Assembly: GCA_050273025.1 (NCBI GenBank)
Contig: CP158635.1
Location: 30,566,001-30,630,000, forward strand
Direction of reading: 5' to 3'
Source: Cenococcum geophilum
Lineage: Eukaryota
DNA: 64,000 nucleotides
Every line of letters starts with the position of its first letter. Within the stretch, counting starts at the first letter, position 1. Position numbers and translations under genes: made by a program. The notes under the pieces were generated by a model, which searched no databases, was not told the DNA's origin, and worked only from the letters and a program-made list of their open reading frames with translations. This document shows positions 51,901 to 64,000 of the stretch, piece by piece.

Positions 51901-54900
51901 AGAACTTAGTTTTTAAGTTAAGTAGCAAATTCTATATAGCTAAAGTCTTTTTATACCTATAGGACCGTTTTAAAAAGGGTCTACTTTATACTAAATAGCT
52001 AATTATAGGAGGCTAGTTTAACCAGAACGTATAATTATCTAGTTATAGATAAGTAGAAGATAAGTTAAGGTAAAACGAGCTTTATATAATAAAGGACAAA
52101 TACTTTCTAACCTCTTTTATTTAGAGACTAATTGCTAGTTCTTCTTTAGAGGAGAACTAGCTCCTTATATAATCCTCCTAAAACGCTAGTAAAACTCTTT
52201 ACCCCTTATCTATCTAACTATGTCTTTTAGGACGTAGATAGAATATAGATAAAACCTTCTAGGGGATTCTATTATAATTACCTCCCCTTTAAGGGTCTTA
52301 GTCCTCTAAGACGTCGCCTCTACTAAGCTTTTATAGAGTTCCAGCTAAAACCACTAGGGAAAATTCTTAGTAGAAAGGTACTCTATAATACGGCTTATAG
52401 CCAGTTCTTTACTAGCGTAGAACCTTACTTTATCTTTAATTCCTCCACTCTTTTTCTACTATAGCTCTTTATAATGCCTTTATAATAGGACTATAATAAT
52501 AATAATAATAATAATAATTAGATAGGATTTACCTTTCTTATTATAAGAGTTTGTTATAAGTTAATCTAAAGGTTATCCTATATAATACGTCTACTAGCTA
52601 CTATCCCTATTTACCTAAAATAGGTTCTAATAATAATATCTTTATTTTAATTTTCTTTTGGTTTATAAGCTATTACCTCTTACACTATAACGAAGCCTTG
52701 TAGTAGGAACTACAGTGGACTTGCTAATAGGCTGGGTATATAAGTATAGAATAGTTAACAACGTAAATATAACTGGTAGAGTAGTTACCTAATAGATTAA
52801 CTCTAATTATATTCTAAGATTTACTACAAAGGAGAGAACTATTTAGGTAGGGACTGTAGTCCTTTAAATATATAACTATACTTTTAAGAAATCCCCTTTA
52901 TATATAAGATATATATTATATATATTATACGTACATTCCCTTTATATACTACGTATACTACGTATAACATTATATAACCTTAGTTACTATTCCTCGTTAT
53001 ATAGCTCTATTGGCTTTATCCTAAACCGTACCTAAATTAACTAACTAGCTTCTTCTAACTCTTCTTTAAGTAGTTACAATATTATACTTAAAGCGTTTAT
53101 AACACTATCTCCCTTCTCTTTATCTTTATCTTTAAAGATTCTAAATATCTCTAAGTTGTTTACTAGAGGTATAATATCCGTCTAATTAATTAATTTAATA
53201 TTATTGCTTATTATACCTAAAGTTCCTTCTTCTTTATAGGCGCAACGTTGCGCTCGTACTATTGCTACGATATTATCTCTTAGTGAGATTATACCGTCTC
53301 CGTATTCTTGTTATGCGAAAAAGGGGTTAGTTTATATTACGCTAGCGAGTCTATCTTCGCAATAGCCGTCCTTTTACTTAAAGTGTACCAAAGCGAATAT
53401 TTGTTTATCCTATAACGTTCGCTCTATCTCTAATGCTAAATATATATATTCTATTACTTTTAATAGTCGTCTAGTTCCTTAACTAATTTATTTTAGGGTC
53501 TTATATTTAATCTACTACTATATAGCTAGATAGTAAACTATTTTAAGCCCTTACTAAGTTAGAATATTCTTATAATATGGAGTAGAAGGCCTTAAAGGCT
53601 TATATTACGGCGTCCGCTTAGTTACTCCGTTTTAAAAAGGGTTATAAAAAGGGGTATTTTAAGGAATAGAAACTTATAGAATAAGGTTTATAGAAACTTA
53701 GTAATAAAAGAACAGATTCTCTTCTAATTAAAAAGGAAATAGATCTAAGTAGCTTGGTAGCTACTCCTCCTAAGTTCCCCTTAGGTGACTTATTTTTTAG
53801 CGATCCTTCTTTATTAATATTACCTAACCTAATTTCTTCTAATACTCCTATACCTTTCTTATAGCGTTCTTTAGATTCTCTAATAGCTCCTAGGTAGTCT
53901 TATTATAGCCTATTTACTTAACCTTATACTATATTTTATTGTTAATGTCTTTATAACTAATAATTTTTAAAATTTACTATTTATCTTCCTCTTATCCTCT
54001 ATATATATCTACTTGGCCAAAATCTAACCTCGACCAAATATCAATTAATTAGAAATCCTTTATATAAAGGGAGTAGGAGCTCTTGCTGCACCCGGCCTAA
54101 AAAGACTAAAACCAACCAAAAGAACCCTGAAAAACACCTAGAGAATCCCCCTAAGATGCATGCATCGCAGGGGAGGCACACGTCAAACGACGGTGGTTTG
54201 TACTCGCGCGCGTCCATTAGAACCACGCCCAGCAATGGCCCTCTATAATAAGAACGGGCGAATACCACACTATAAAGCGGAAAGACCTTTATTAAGAAGG
54301 CATCTAACAAAATATAAAGCCTATTGGACGCGTCTAGTATCTATAGTTACGGGGGAGTAACCATTAGCTATAATGAACTAATATAGCTAGTAGAATGGCT
54401 CCGCCAGTCTAGCGAACCTCAGGCGCCCCTTTAGTAAACCCTTAATTAAATCCTCCAATGGCTAAGTAAAATTAAAAATAAATAAAACCCCTTTTTACCG
54501 GCGAACCGCACCTGGGCTACTGTAGCTGCGCGTCTATAGTATAGGGAACCTACCCCCCTAAAGACAATATCCGGGTATATAATTATAATATAACTAAATA
54601 TAGAAAAAGCAGAGGGGCTTAGGGGATAATTAGAAACAGAAGTCCTTATAGAGATTTATAAAGAGGTCTATAACGCTGTTATAGTCCAATACCTTAGGAG
54701 CGGAGATATTAAAGTTACCCTAGGGGACTAATAGGCAAAGGAACGAGCCGTTAGGGTAGGGGATAGGCTAGGAGAACGTATTAGTATAAAAGTGCTTCGT
54801 AAAGATTACCTAGTTAAAGTCCTAGTGGTTCCCCTAAGCCTTAGGGTAGAAAAGGGACGCTAGGCGGATAATATAGCAACTATATATAAGATAGTAAAAT

Positions 54901-55107
54901 AAACGGAACGCCTTATACTAGGACTTAAGATTACCTAAATTTAATGGCTTTAATAGGAAAATATAAACTAAGTATATAATAAGAACAATAAAAGAATATA
55001 AGGGTCGCTAGAGACTTGCTAGGGAAACACCAGTCAAATATATGGCTCCCTTATTATTAGTACACATACATTAGGAATGCAAAAACTCCTTATTTAAAAA
55101 GGTATTA

Positions 55108-57004
55108 CGTCAGGAAAACGGAAGGGTAGTAGGGGCTAGCCAGGGGCTAGCCAGGGGCTAGCCCGGGGCTGGCCCGGGGTCATTTCAGCTAGATCCGCTG
55201 ATCTGCTCATGTACACTTATTTACGCTAGCCCAGGGCTAGCCCGGGGCCATATTAGCAACATTAGCAACATTAGCATGTTTTGTACGTTTTATGCGTTTC
55301 GTACATTTTATACATTTTGTATATTTTATACATTTTATACATTTTATACATTTTATATAATATTTCCTATAGCTGTAATATTTATAATTATAAAATAAAT
55401 AATAAAATTTAAAATTTAAAATTAATGGTAGCTATAAGGGATATCTCTCGCAGACTCCAAATCGTCAATTGGCGGCGTTCCCGATAATCCGCCGGCTATA
55501 TACTAATTTCCTAACTAGGCCTAGTGCCTGCGTGCCTGCGTGCCTGCCCTGCCTGCCCTGCCTACCCTGCCTGCCCTGCCTGCCCTGCCTGCCCTACCTG
55601 CCCTGCCTGTCCTGCCTGTCCTGCCTGTCCTGCCTGTCCTGCCTGTCTGACTGTCCTACTTGTTCGTGCCTACCTGTCTGTGCCTGCCTGTCGTGCCTAC
55701 TTGTCTATACCTACCTGTCTGTATCTGTAATTCGGGATAGAGGTCGGCCCGATCAAAGGCTCTGCTTAATTCGATTGCGATTAATTATATTAATTCAAAT
55801 CGTTCTCTATAGGCGTTCGCTAGCTGTACGTTTGAACGGTGGTCGTCTGGGGTGCCTCCCTAAGAGGCCTCAATTCGATTCAATTCGATTTAGTAATAGG
55901 GTGATATCGAGGCTCTGGTTCAATTCGATCGACCGATTGAATTAATCGTGGTGTTCACTGGCTGGTCGTTCAAACGATTATCGTCTGGCTCCGGCGACGG
56001 TCATGGTTCTGGCGACGGTCCTACCTGCCTACCTACCTGTCTGCTTACCTACCTACCTACCTACCTACCTACCTACCTACCTGCCTGCCTGCCTGCCTGC
56101 CTGCCTGCCATGTCAGTACCTGATTTAATTTAGGGAAGGGATCGGCCCGATTGAAGGCTCTAATTAATTCGAATCGTTCTCTACAGGCGTTCGCCGGCTG
56201 TACATTCGAACGGTGGTTATCTAGGGTGCCTCCTTAGGAGGCCTTGATTCGATTCGATTTGGTGACGGGTTGATATCGAGGCTCTAGTTCGATTCGATCG
56301 ATCGATTGAATTGATCGTGGTGTTCGCTGGCTGGTCGTTCGAATGGTCGTCGTCTGGTTCTACCGTCGTCTGGTTCTGACGACCGTCGTCTGGTTCTGAC
56401 GACCGTCGTCTAGTTCTGACGACCGTCGTCTGGTTCTGACGACCGTCGTCTAGTTCTGGTCACAGTCCTCTGCTGGCTGCCGTTCTGGTGCCTCCCTAGG
56501 TAGGGAGGGTGAAGAAAGGTTAAAAAATAAGGTGGCATTTAGGTGTATAAGGGGTATGCAAAGGCATATGTAGAGGCTGTCGGGAATAGAATGGGGACCC
56601 GATGGTACTGTTATGTAGGACGATTTAAATAATTAGGAAAATTAAAGTCCTGCTAAGAGCCTGCTAAAAAGCCTACTAGGAGCCTATAGGAGGCCTTTAG
56701 AATTTTAATACCCTAATAGCAATAAATGCAATAATAGTAATAATATTTATTTTATAGCCAGAAGCTGGCGAAAAGCTAGCGTATAGCCCTAGGGTTTGGC
56801 TAATATGGCAAAAAGCCAGCGTATAGCCCTAGGGTTTGGCTAATATGGCAAAAAGCCAGCGTATAGCCCTAGGGTTTGGCTAATATGGCGAAAAGCTAGC
56901 GTATAGCCCCAGGGTTTGGCTAATATGGCGGAAAGCTAGCCCTGGGCCCCAAAAGTACTTTTAGCGAAACCAAATTTCCTGCGCCACTCCCCGTTTTCCT
57001 GACG
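55108..57004. mobile_element. Non-autonomous TIR element filled with tandem repeats, inserted in LINE ORF1 (PIF/Harbinger-like by TTA TSD)
   Basis: 14-bp TIR CGTCAGGAAAACGG / CCGTTTTCCTGACG; TTA at 55105-55107 and 57005-57007; excision restores the ORF1 frame (GIIING). Confidence 0.78.
56767..56940. repeat. 40-bp tandem repeat, ~4.3 copies (subterminal)
   Basis: Unit GGCGAAAAGCTAGCGTATAGCCCTAGGGTTTGGCTAATAT, head to tail, no spacers. Confidence 0.95.
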
Positions 57005-60000
57005 TTATTATAAATGGCCTTATATATAACGTAAGGCTCTATAACTATAGACTCCGCCTAAAACGATGCTATTGCTGTATATAATGGGGGCACACCTAAT
57101 CCACATACGCAGCATAGGTATGCTATAGCTACTGTGTAGGCCCCTATAATATAAGACACTGCTTAAATTAAGACTAAATAAAATGCGTAAACTGTTATTG
57201 AAGTATATATAAGGTATAGGAGAGAGAAGACTGTATTAAATATAGGAGATAAAAGGTTAGGGCTTAACAGCTGTAGGAATAACTGCACGCTAGGTTATAT
57301 AAATGGAAATAATAGGCGATAAGCTAGGGGAGCGTAGGTGCCTTTCTAGCGTTTCCTACCTTTAATACTAGGGGGATAGGCTAGCCATCCCAAGTCTTAA
57401 CGGGCTAGAAGTAACGCTGTGTAATATTACTAGACCGTATAGGGATATAAGGGTTATAGGGGATATAAGGGAGAGGACGCCCTATAGGAAGACCCTTATA
57501 GATAGCTATAGTAAGCTTAAGACTGGGACAATTAAGAATTAGACTTAACGCGGTAAATATAATATTTGCAGCCGACTCTTAAAGGGTATATAGCTAACTA
57601 GTAAGAATAGGGGAAGAACTAGAGATAATAATAGATTTAGATATAGAAGCGCTAGTAGGAATATAAAATATGGGAATGGAAAGCTTTATATAAAATAAGT
57701 AGTAACTAGGGTATAGATATAAGAGATAAAAGTTCTAAATATCCTAGAGAAAGTGGAAATAGAAGAAGTAAGGAATAATAGAGAGGCGAAGGACCCTTGC
57801 TAGGGGTCCACCACCTATCTATTATATAGTATAACTATGGCAACACAAACCACTATTTTATAAGGCCCTTACTAGATAGTCTAAACCTAGAGAAATACTA
57901 TATCCTTACTATATAAGAGCCGTACTATAATACCTATATATAATTAATATACTGCCCCTAAGGATTTTAGCTTCTATATAAACCAAAAGCAGCCACATGC
58001 GTATGCTTTATGGTTAGCAAAACTATTAGCCTATCCTTATGGTTATAGCAGGTAGTTAATCTAGATATTGTAGTTATAACAATCTAGACATATAGAGGAC
58101 TGGTATAAATTATTAATGTATATAACCCTAGGGTTAAAGGGGTCCTATAAATAGAGAATATTATATTAGTAATAAGCTTACTTAAAACCGAAGGCATAGA
58201 GTTTATCCTACTAGGAGATATAAACCTCCACTACCCGCGGTAGGGGGGTATCTATATTACTGCTAAACAATAGGTAGAGTGCCTACTAAAAGCTATAGAC
58301 ACCTAGGGCCTTAAGCTGGCTACTCCCCCTAGAGCAATTATATAGCAATAAGGATCCGCTAAAAGTATAATTGACCTTATATTTATAGACGAAGGCCTAT
58401 ACTAGAGACTTAAAAGGTATAACCCTAAAGAAGAATGGGCACTTACCTTAGACTATATCCCTATCCAGATATAGCTAGATTTGGACATTAAGGCGTAACT
58501 AAATAGCAAAAGATACGTAATAAGGATGCTTAAGGCAGACAGCTTCCTTAATATAGTTAAACAACAACTCTAAGACCTAGAAGAAATCCACCCGATACTA
58601 AACGAGCGAGGCTTATTAGCTACCCCTAAGGAAATCGACCAAAGACTAAAAAGGATCTAGGTAGCGATTAAAAATAGGCTAGAAGAGCACTGCCCGGTCT
58701 TAAGACTGGGCCCCTATACGTGATACGCTTGGTCTGTATAATACGCAGTTCTTATAGCTAGCTAACGACAAGTAAGAAGGAAATACTTAAGCAGCTATAA
58801 TCCTAAAGATAAGAGATAATATAAAGATATAAGAAACTAGTTAAAGAATACCCTAAAAAAAGAAGTAAGGAATAACTAGAGACGATTTATAAACAAGTAT
58901 ACTTTTAACCCGAGCCTCCCCTATAATAAGGGCCTGTAGGCCATAGCAAAATAAGTAAAGAAAAAGGTAGGGTGACTAGTAGAAAACTTATACCTACTAC
59001 CCCTACGAAGAGTAGGGGAATTATAGGCCACTAACAATAATAATAAGAAGGCAAAGATCCTTATAGAAAGGTTTTCCCCCTAACCAGCTCTAGTAGACCT
59101 TAGTAATATTATAGGTGAAGCACTGGTAACTCGCCTGCGGATCGACAGCGATATAATAATAGAGGAAATAGCCAGAACTATTAGCCGCCTTTTAAATAAT
59201 ATAGTACTAGGTCTAGATAGAATTCTAAATAAGGCCTTAAAGACCTATAGACTATTTATAGCACCCTAGCTTATAGATATAGCTAGAGTATACTTTACTA
59301 TAGGATACTACCTACGACTCGGAAGATCTATGACGACGGTTATTTTACAAAAAGAAGGTAAAGCAGATTACTTAATCCTAGGAAGCTACCGCCCTATTGC
59401 CTTAGAAAATACCCTTAGTAAGATTTTAGAAAAGGTAATAGCGGACCGCATAGTAGATACGGCTAAGGAATATGCCCTACTACTACAGAGCTAAATGGGG
59501 GCAAGAAAGAACTGCTTAATACTATTAGCACTTACGCTACTTGCTGCTACTATTAAATCTACATGGGCGATGTAAAGGGACTTTATAGTATTAATACTTA
59601 GCCTAGATATTAGTGGCGCCTATAATAACGTACCCTACAAGCGTCTCCTATACATCCTTAGGGTAAAAGGCTTCTTAGAATAGATTATATAATTTATCTA
59701 AGGGTTTATAGGTTAAAAAGAAACATTATTAGTCTTTAGCGGATACTAGAGCCCCCCTATTATAGTTATAATAGGAATACCGTAAGGATTACCCCTCTTG
59801 CCTATACTCTTCCTTTTCTTTATAAGCAACCTGCTTAACTCCTTTAAGAAAGGGGCAACCTAGGGGATAGGCTTCGTTAACGATATAAACCTAATTATAT
59901 ACGGGCTATTAGCCGCAGAGAATTGCAGAATGCTAGAGAAAGCTTATAATACCTATATAGAATAGGCAAGACAATATAGAGTTTAATTCTTACTAGAGAA

Positions 60001-61784
60001 ATACCAGCTAATCTATTTTATAAGAAAACGTAACTAATTTATAGATCTCTAGCATATAATCCGCATCTAAGGCTTTAGGGGTTAACCAGTGTAGGGCCTA
60101 AGGGTATTAGGAGTATGGGTAGATAGTAAGCTCTAGTAGAGCGTATATGCGGCGTAAGCGGCCCGTAAGGGCTAAGTATAGTACATCGCATTATTTAGGA
60201 TCGTCAATTCTATATAGGGCCCATGCTTTTAAAGGTCACGCCTACTATATATAGTAGTTGTCTGGCTAACTATAACATATAGGTCCAGTATTTAGGCCAT
60301 TAGAGAATCTAAAAAAGGCCCCCCTAAGTCGCTCCTTAAACTACTCCAAAAGGTCTAAATAGCCTACCTTTAGAGTATAATAGGCGGATATAAGCGAACA
60401 GCCACAGCACTGCTTAAGAAGGAAGCCAATATTCCCCCCCTATAACTATATATTAAAGCCGCTGCAATATAAAGGGCCTAAAATAAATGTAACTCTAATA
60501 TTATAAAGTATATTAAGACACGCCTAAACAAACTATAGAGGGACCCTAGGGCGCCCTGTAGGAGAATAAACTAACAACCCTAAAGTAGGGAAGATATAAT
60601 AGAGAAACAGGTAAAGAAAGTAGAAGAAGAATGGTGCTTCTTTAGGGCCTAGGCCTATATAGAGGAGGAAGGGAGACGCGTAAGAGGCCAGTAAAGATAA
60701 TAGTAAGAAAGAGAAAGGAGCTAAAGTAGAGTATAAAAGAATGCTAGGAAACCATCTACTGTAATATAATACTGGTTAGACTAACGCTGGAAAGGCGTAT
60801 AGGAGTTAAAGGTACAGAGGCTAACTAAGATAAGAGGAACCTAAGCTATAGTATGGTTAACGCTATAGGGGGTAAATACTTTAGGGCTCTAAAAAGGCCT
60901 AATAAAGGCAGAAAATATAATGGCAATACTTTTAAGAATAGGAATAATAGGACTAAAAGACTAGCTCTACTAGGTGGGTATCCTAGTAGGTAGCCTAAGA
61001 TGCGAATATAGCTGGTTAAGACAGACACCAAAATATATAATACTGTTATGCCCCTTACGCACCAACTAAGAAGTGATACTTTTAGTAGCTGGCATAGAGA
61101 ACTATAATACACTGCTCTTAATATAAAAAGGCCTTAAGGCGGTTACCTAGTAGCTTATTAGCTAAAATATACTAAACCAGTTCCGGGTTATAAGGGAAAT
61201 GGTAATAAAGGGTGGGGGGGTAAGCAATGGGCGCCCCCTAATAACTCTATAGTAGTAGAGTAAAGTTTACAATACTAGCGCGTCCGTAGGCTTGTTACGG
61301 CAGCAGTGGTTCCTAAGAAGGTTAAAAAGTAAGGTAGTAAAAGCACTATAGGTAACTCGTAGGCGCCTCATAGGCGCCTTATAGGCAAGTCCTAAAAGGC
61401 GGGGAGATAGATTACGGGGTTTTCTTAAATAGAGTTTTCTCCCTATATATATAAGGAGTAGTCCGCGTGGGCCTAATAGGGATCCGAATCGGACGTTAAG
61501 TAATAAATTATTATTATTATTATTATATATATCTACTTTATAGACTAGTAGCTTAGCATTTCTATATACTAGTTCTAGTATTATAATATACTATATAGGG
61601 TAGATCTTTATTCTAGCTAGTAGGTCTAACTTAAATATAACTAGTAAAATCCTTTATATAATTTTAAAAGGTCCTAGTCTAATATAGTTTAACTTCTTAC
61701 TTAGTTATTAACCCTTAAATTTTTTATATAGTAGCTATACTTTATCTCCCTCCTTAAGATCTAGTCCCTTAGATCTCTTAGCAT

Positions 61785-63845
61785 TTATCGGGAAAATATT
61801 CGCAAGATGAGATTTAAGTAGACTTTGTTTAGCGCGTTTCGCGTAATTGATATATAATTGACCAACTTAATATACAACTTAACTAACTTAATACGCAATT
61901 AACTAACTTAATATGCAACTTAACCAACTTAACACGTAATTAACTAACTTATCATTTAACTTAACTAACTTAACACGCAATTAACCAACTTAATATTTAA
62001 CTTAACTAACTTAATACGCAATTAACCAACTTAACATATTTAAAAGTTAAATAATACGCAGTTGACCTACTTAATAACTTTAAAAGCTAACTGCACATTC
62101 CTTAACATGCAATTAAGGTAATGTAATATATTATTTTAAAGTTGTATACTAATTGCGCAAATGAATTTTTACTATTTTCTTAGCCTATAGTATGCTAGCT
62201 TATAATATATATTATATATAATCTTATATAATCTTATATAATTTTATATAATCTTATATAATTTTATATAATCTTATATAATCTTATATAATCTTATATA
62301 ATTTTATACAATCTTATATAGGTTTATTATTATATTATATATTATAGGTTTTATACTAGCTTAGCTGCTTTTACTATTTATCCTAGCTTCTATATAATAA
62401 CGCAATACGAGTTCCTTTTTTAAGAAAGTTGTCCGAGTATAGAGTATTATATTGGTCCTAATTAATATAATTATTAACGTAGTATAAACCTGGATAAGAA
62501 GTAGCGGCTAGAATAATATGCGCGCTTTATAGAATAGATAGTATTAAATAAAAGCGACTACCTCTAAGTACTTACCTAGTATTTACGCTTAAGCGCGGCT
62601 ACCTTTTCACCTTAACTATACCGTGTGTTAGATACGGCAGTCTATAATTTAATAGCTAAAGTAGCTCTACTATAGCTCTAGTATACTATCCCTTAACCCG
62701 TTAGCGTCTAACGAGAAGTGGTCCATGCGCGAATACCGGTTTTAAAACAACGCGTGCACCTAATCAATAGCTTCGTATTTCTCAGTACGGGCGTTAAATT
62801 CAGCTCGATTGATTGGCTAGCTCTTATCGATAACCGTTGGACGCGAATTAACGGGTTAAGGGATATGTATATACCGTACTTATCTAACCTTTTAATATCT
62901 AGAATAGTAACAATTAGCTAAAGCTGGCCTATAAGTCTTCTACTTAACGGCGTGCGGCCCTTTCTAATACGGTTGCCGTTATCTATATACTCCTAGACCT
63001 ATATATAATCACGCCTCTACTAGTTAAAACATTGCTAATTTGGTATATAACGTACTACCTTACTAATTTGGCCCTTAAGGTCGGTTGTATTTTTTCCATC
63101 TTGTTTCTAATAGCGAATAAATAGATATATTTTAATAAGCAGGCGCTTAACCTATAAGGGGTCCTTCTCTTTCCGGTCTATATTGGAGTTCTAGGTATAT
63201 TCGCCTTATAGTTTTCGCCTATACTCTTAGATAAATACTATAATGCCGTTTAGAAACCCTAGGATTTCGCAGCAGTTTGCTATATAAGATATATAAAGCT
63301 ACGTCTTTAACCTAAGACGCCTTTAGATAAGATCTGTTGCCCTATTTATGTCTTCTAAAGGCCACTAAAGCTTTATAACTGCTAAATACTATATTAGTTA
63401 AGTAACCTGCACCTCTAGATATTAGGAAGACTATAGTATAGAATTACTATTTATAAAAGCTATTTCGTCTTCTATTGCTAGTACTACTACCTGTCTTAAA
63501 TTATAAGAGCATATTTAAGATAGCGAATCCCGTTTATTTGTTAAGTTATAAAACGGCTTAATAATATAACGGTGTCTAGCTTCGCTATTTACGCTAGTGT
63601 AGTACCTATCTGTATATCCGTATAGGCGGATATTTTCCTTAAAATATATAAGGGCATGGAATTTTAGTATATTAAAATGGCCCGTATTAAAATCCTTTAC
63701 CTTTAGATAGAAACTTTAAAACACGCCTTTAAGCATATTAATTTAATATAGGGCGTGGTGTATATATCGTAGTGTCTCCTTATTGTGGGTGCAATACTAA
63801 GCTATAATAACGAAGTTGTATACGGCTCTTATAAAATGTATAGCA
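61785..63845 (-). mobile_element. Plavaka-like (CMC/CACTA-related) DNA transposon, 3' part, RIP-damaged
   Basis: Minus frame ~63560-63700 reconstructs to HFNIPKFHAL.HF.ENIRLYG.TD...TS.NSEARH..IIK.FY..TN. Subterminal 19/20-bp tandem repeats at ~61855-62040 and 10-bp ATCTTATATA repeats at ~62215-62320. Confidence 0.6.
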
Positions 63846-64000
63846 TGTAACGGAACCTTGTAGCAAGAACTACAATGGGCTCGTTATTAGGCTAGGTGTG
63901 TAGGAAATGCAAGTACAAAAGTTAATAATGTAATAATAACTGGTGGAGTGGTTACCTAATAGATTAACTCTAATTGTATTCTAAGAATTACTATAAGGAA
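63846..64000 (-). repeat. Third family-A-like LTR (truncated by the window end)
   Basis: TGTAACGGAACCTTGTAGCAAGAACTAC... matches the reverse complement of the family-A LTR end. Confidence 0.85.

Larger units (their letters stand above)
54015..61523 (+). mobile_element. Tad-like LINE (non-LTR retrotransposon), RIP-inactivated
   Basis: 15-bp TSD TATATATATCTACTT at 54000-54014 and 61524-61538; (TTA)n tail. ORF1 from ~54157 with Cys/His knuckles ~57065-57240. ORF2 endonuclease (IQYNC, IQEP, LGD.NLHHP.WGG, IDL) ~57820-58470 and RT (YRPIAL.NTLGK, LDISGAYDNV, GIPQGSPLSPILF, FVDD) ~59380-59890. Confidence 0.92.
52686..61784 (-). mobile_element. Second, diverged family-A chromovirus (3' part), interrupted by a LINE and then by a Plavaka-like element
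   Basis: 52686-53104 is the reverse complement of a family-A-like LTR, followed by the reverse PPT. 53105-54014 and 61524-61784 match element A at ~7285-8440 (integrase end, chromodomain, antisense ORF). Confidence 0.85.

Noticed and set aside
55469..56133. Cys-rich ORFs (CLPCLP.../PACPAC...) resembling metallothionein
   Set aside because: Translations of CCTG/CCTGCCTGC microsatellites inside a non-autonomous element.
56767..56940. 40-bp repeats resembling a CRISPR array
   Set aside because: Head-to-tail units with no unique spacers, no cas genes, eukaryotic context; they are subterminal repeats of a TIR element.
62400..63845. Helitron helicase
   Set aside because: No PIF1 helicase motifs found; the readable motif fits a Plavaka/CMC-type transposase better.

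Overview
Eukaryotic window from a filamentous ascomycete: spliced genes with GT..CTAAC..AG introns, and repeats carrying the RIP signature (CpA->TpA, TpG->TpA). An ~18-kb gene island (~31.8-50.2 kb) lies between two AT-rich, RIP-damaged blocks of nested transposons. The island holds a secreted GMC oxidoreductase, a Thr/Lys/Pro- and Gly-rich protein, a HET-domain protein, a CSC1/OSCA (DUF221) channel, a 3' fragment of an aldehyde dehydrogenase, a hAT relic with two MITEs, and an intact but divergent 11-intron lysyl-tRNA synthetase. Left block: complete chromovirus A (883-8862, TSD CTAAT); chromovirus B (8897-24834, TSD CTTAC), which contains a GalEa-like Copia (12041-18970, TSD AAGGG) and a pogo/Tigger DNA transposon (19742-21760, TSD TA); and a complete tyrosine-recombinase retrotransposon with Ngaro-type split direct repeats (25280-30022). 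Right block: MITE-like hairpins; a 458-bp TRIM with a self-priming PBS; and a second family-A element interrupted by a Tad-like LINE (itself carrying a repeat-laden TIR element) and by a Plavaka-like transposon. Highlights: the Ngaro element in an ascomycete, a spliced antisense Zn2Cys6-like/coiled-coil ORF conserved in both family-A copies, the self-priming TRIM, and the divergent LysRS. All translations of RIP-damaged regions are manual reconstructions; no database searches were run.
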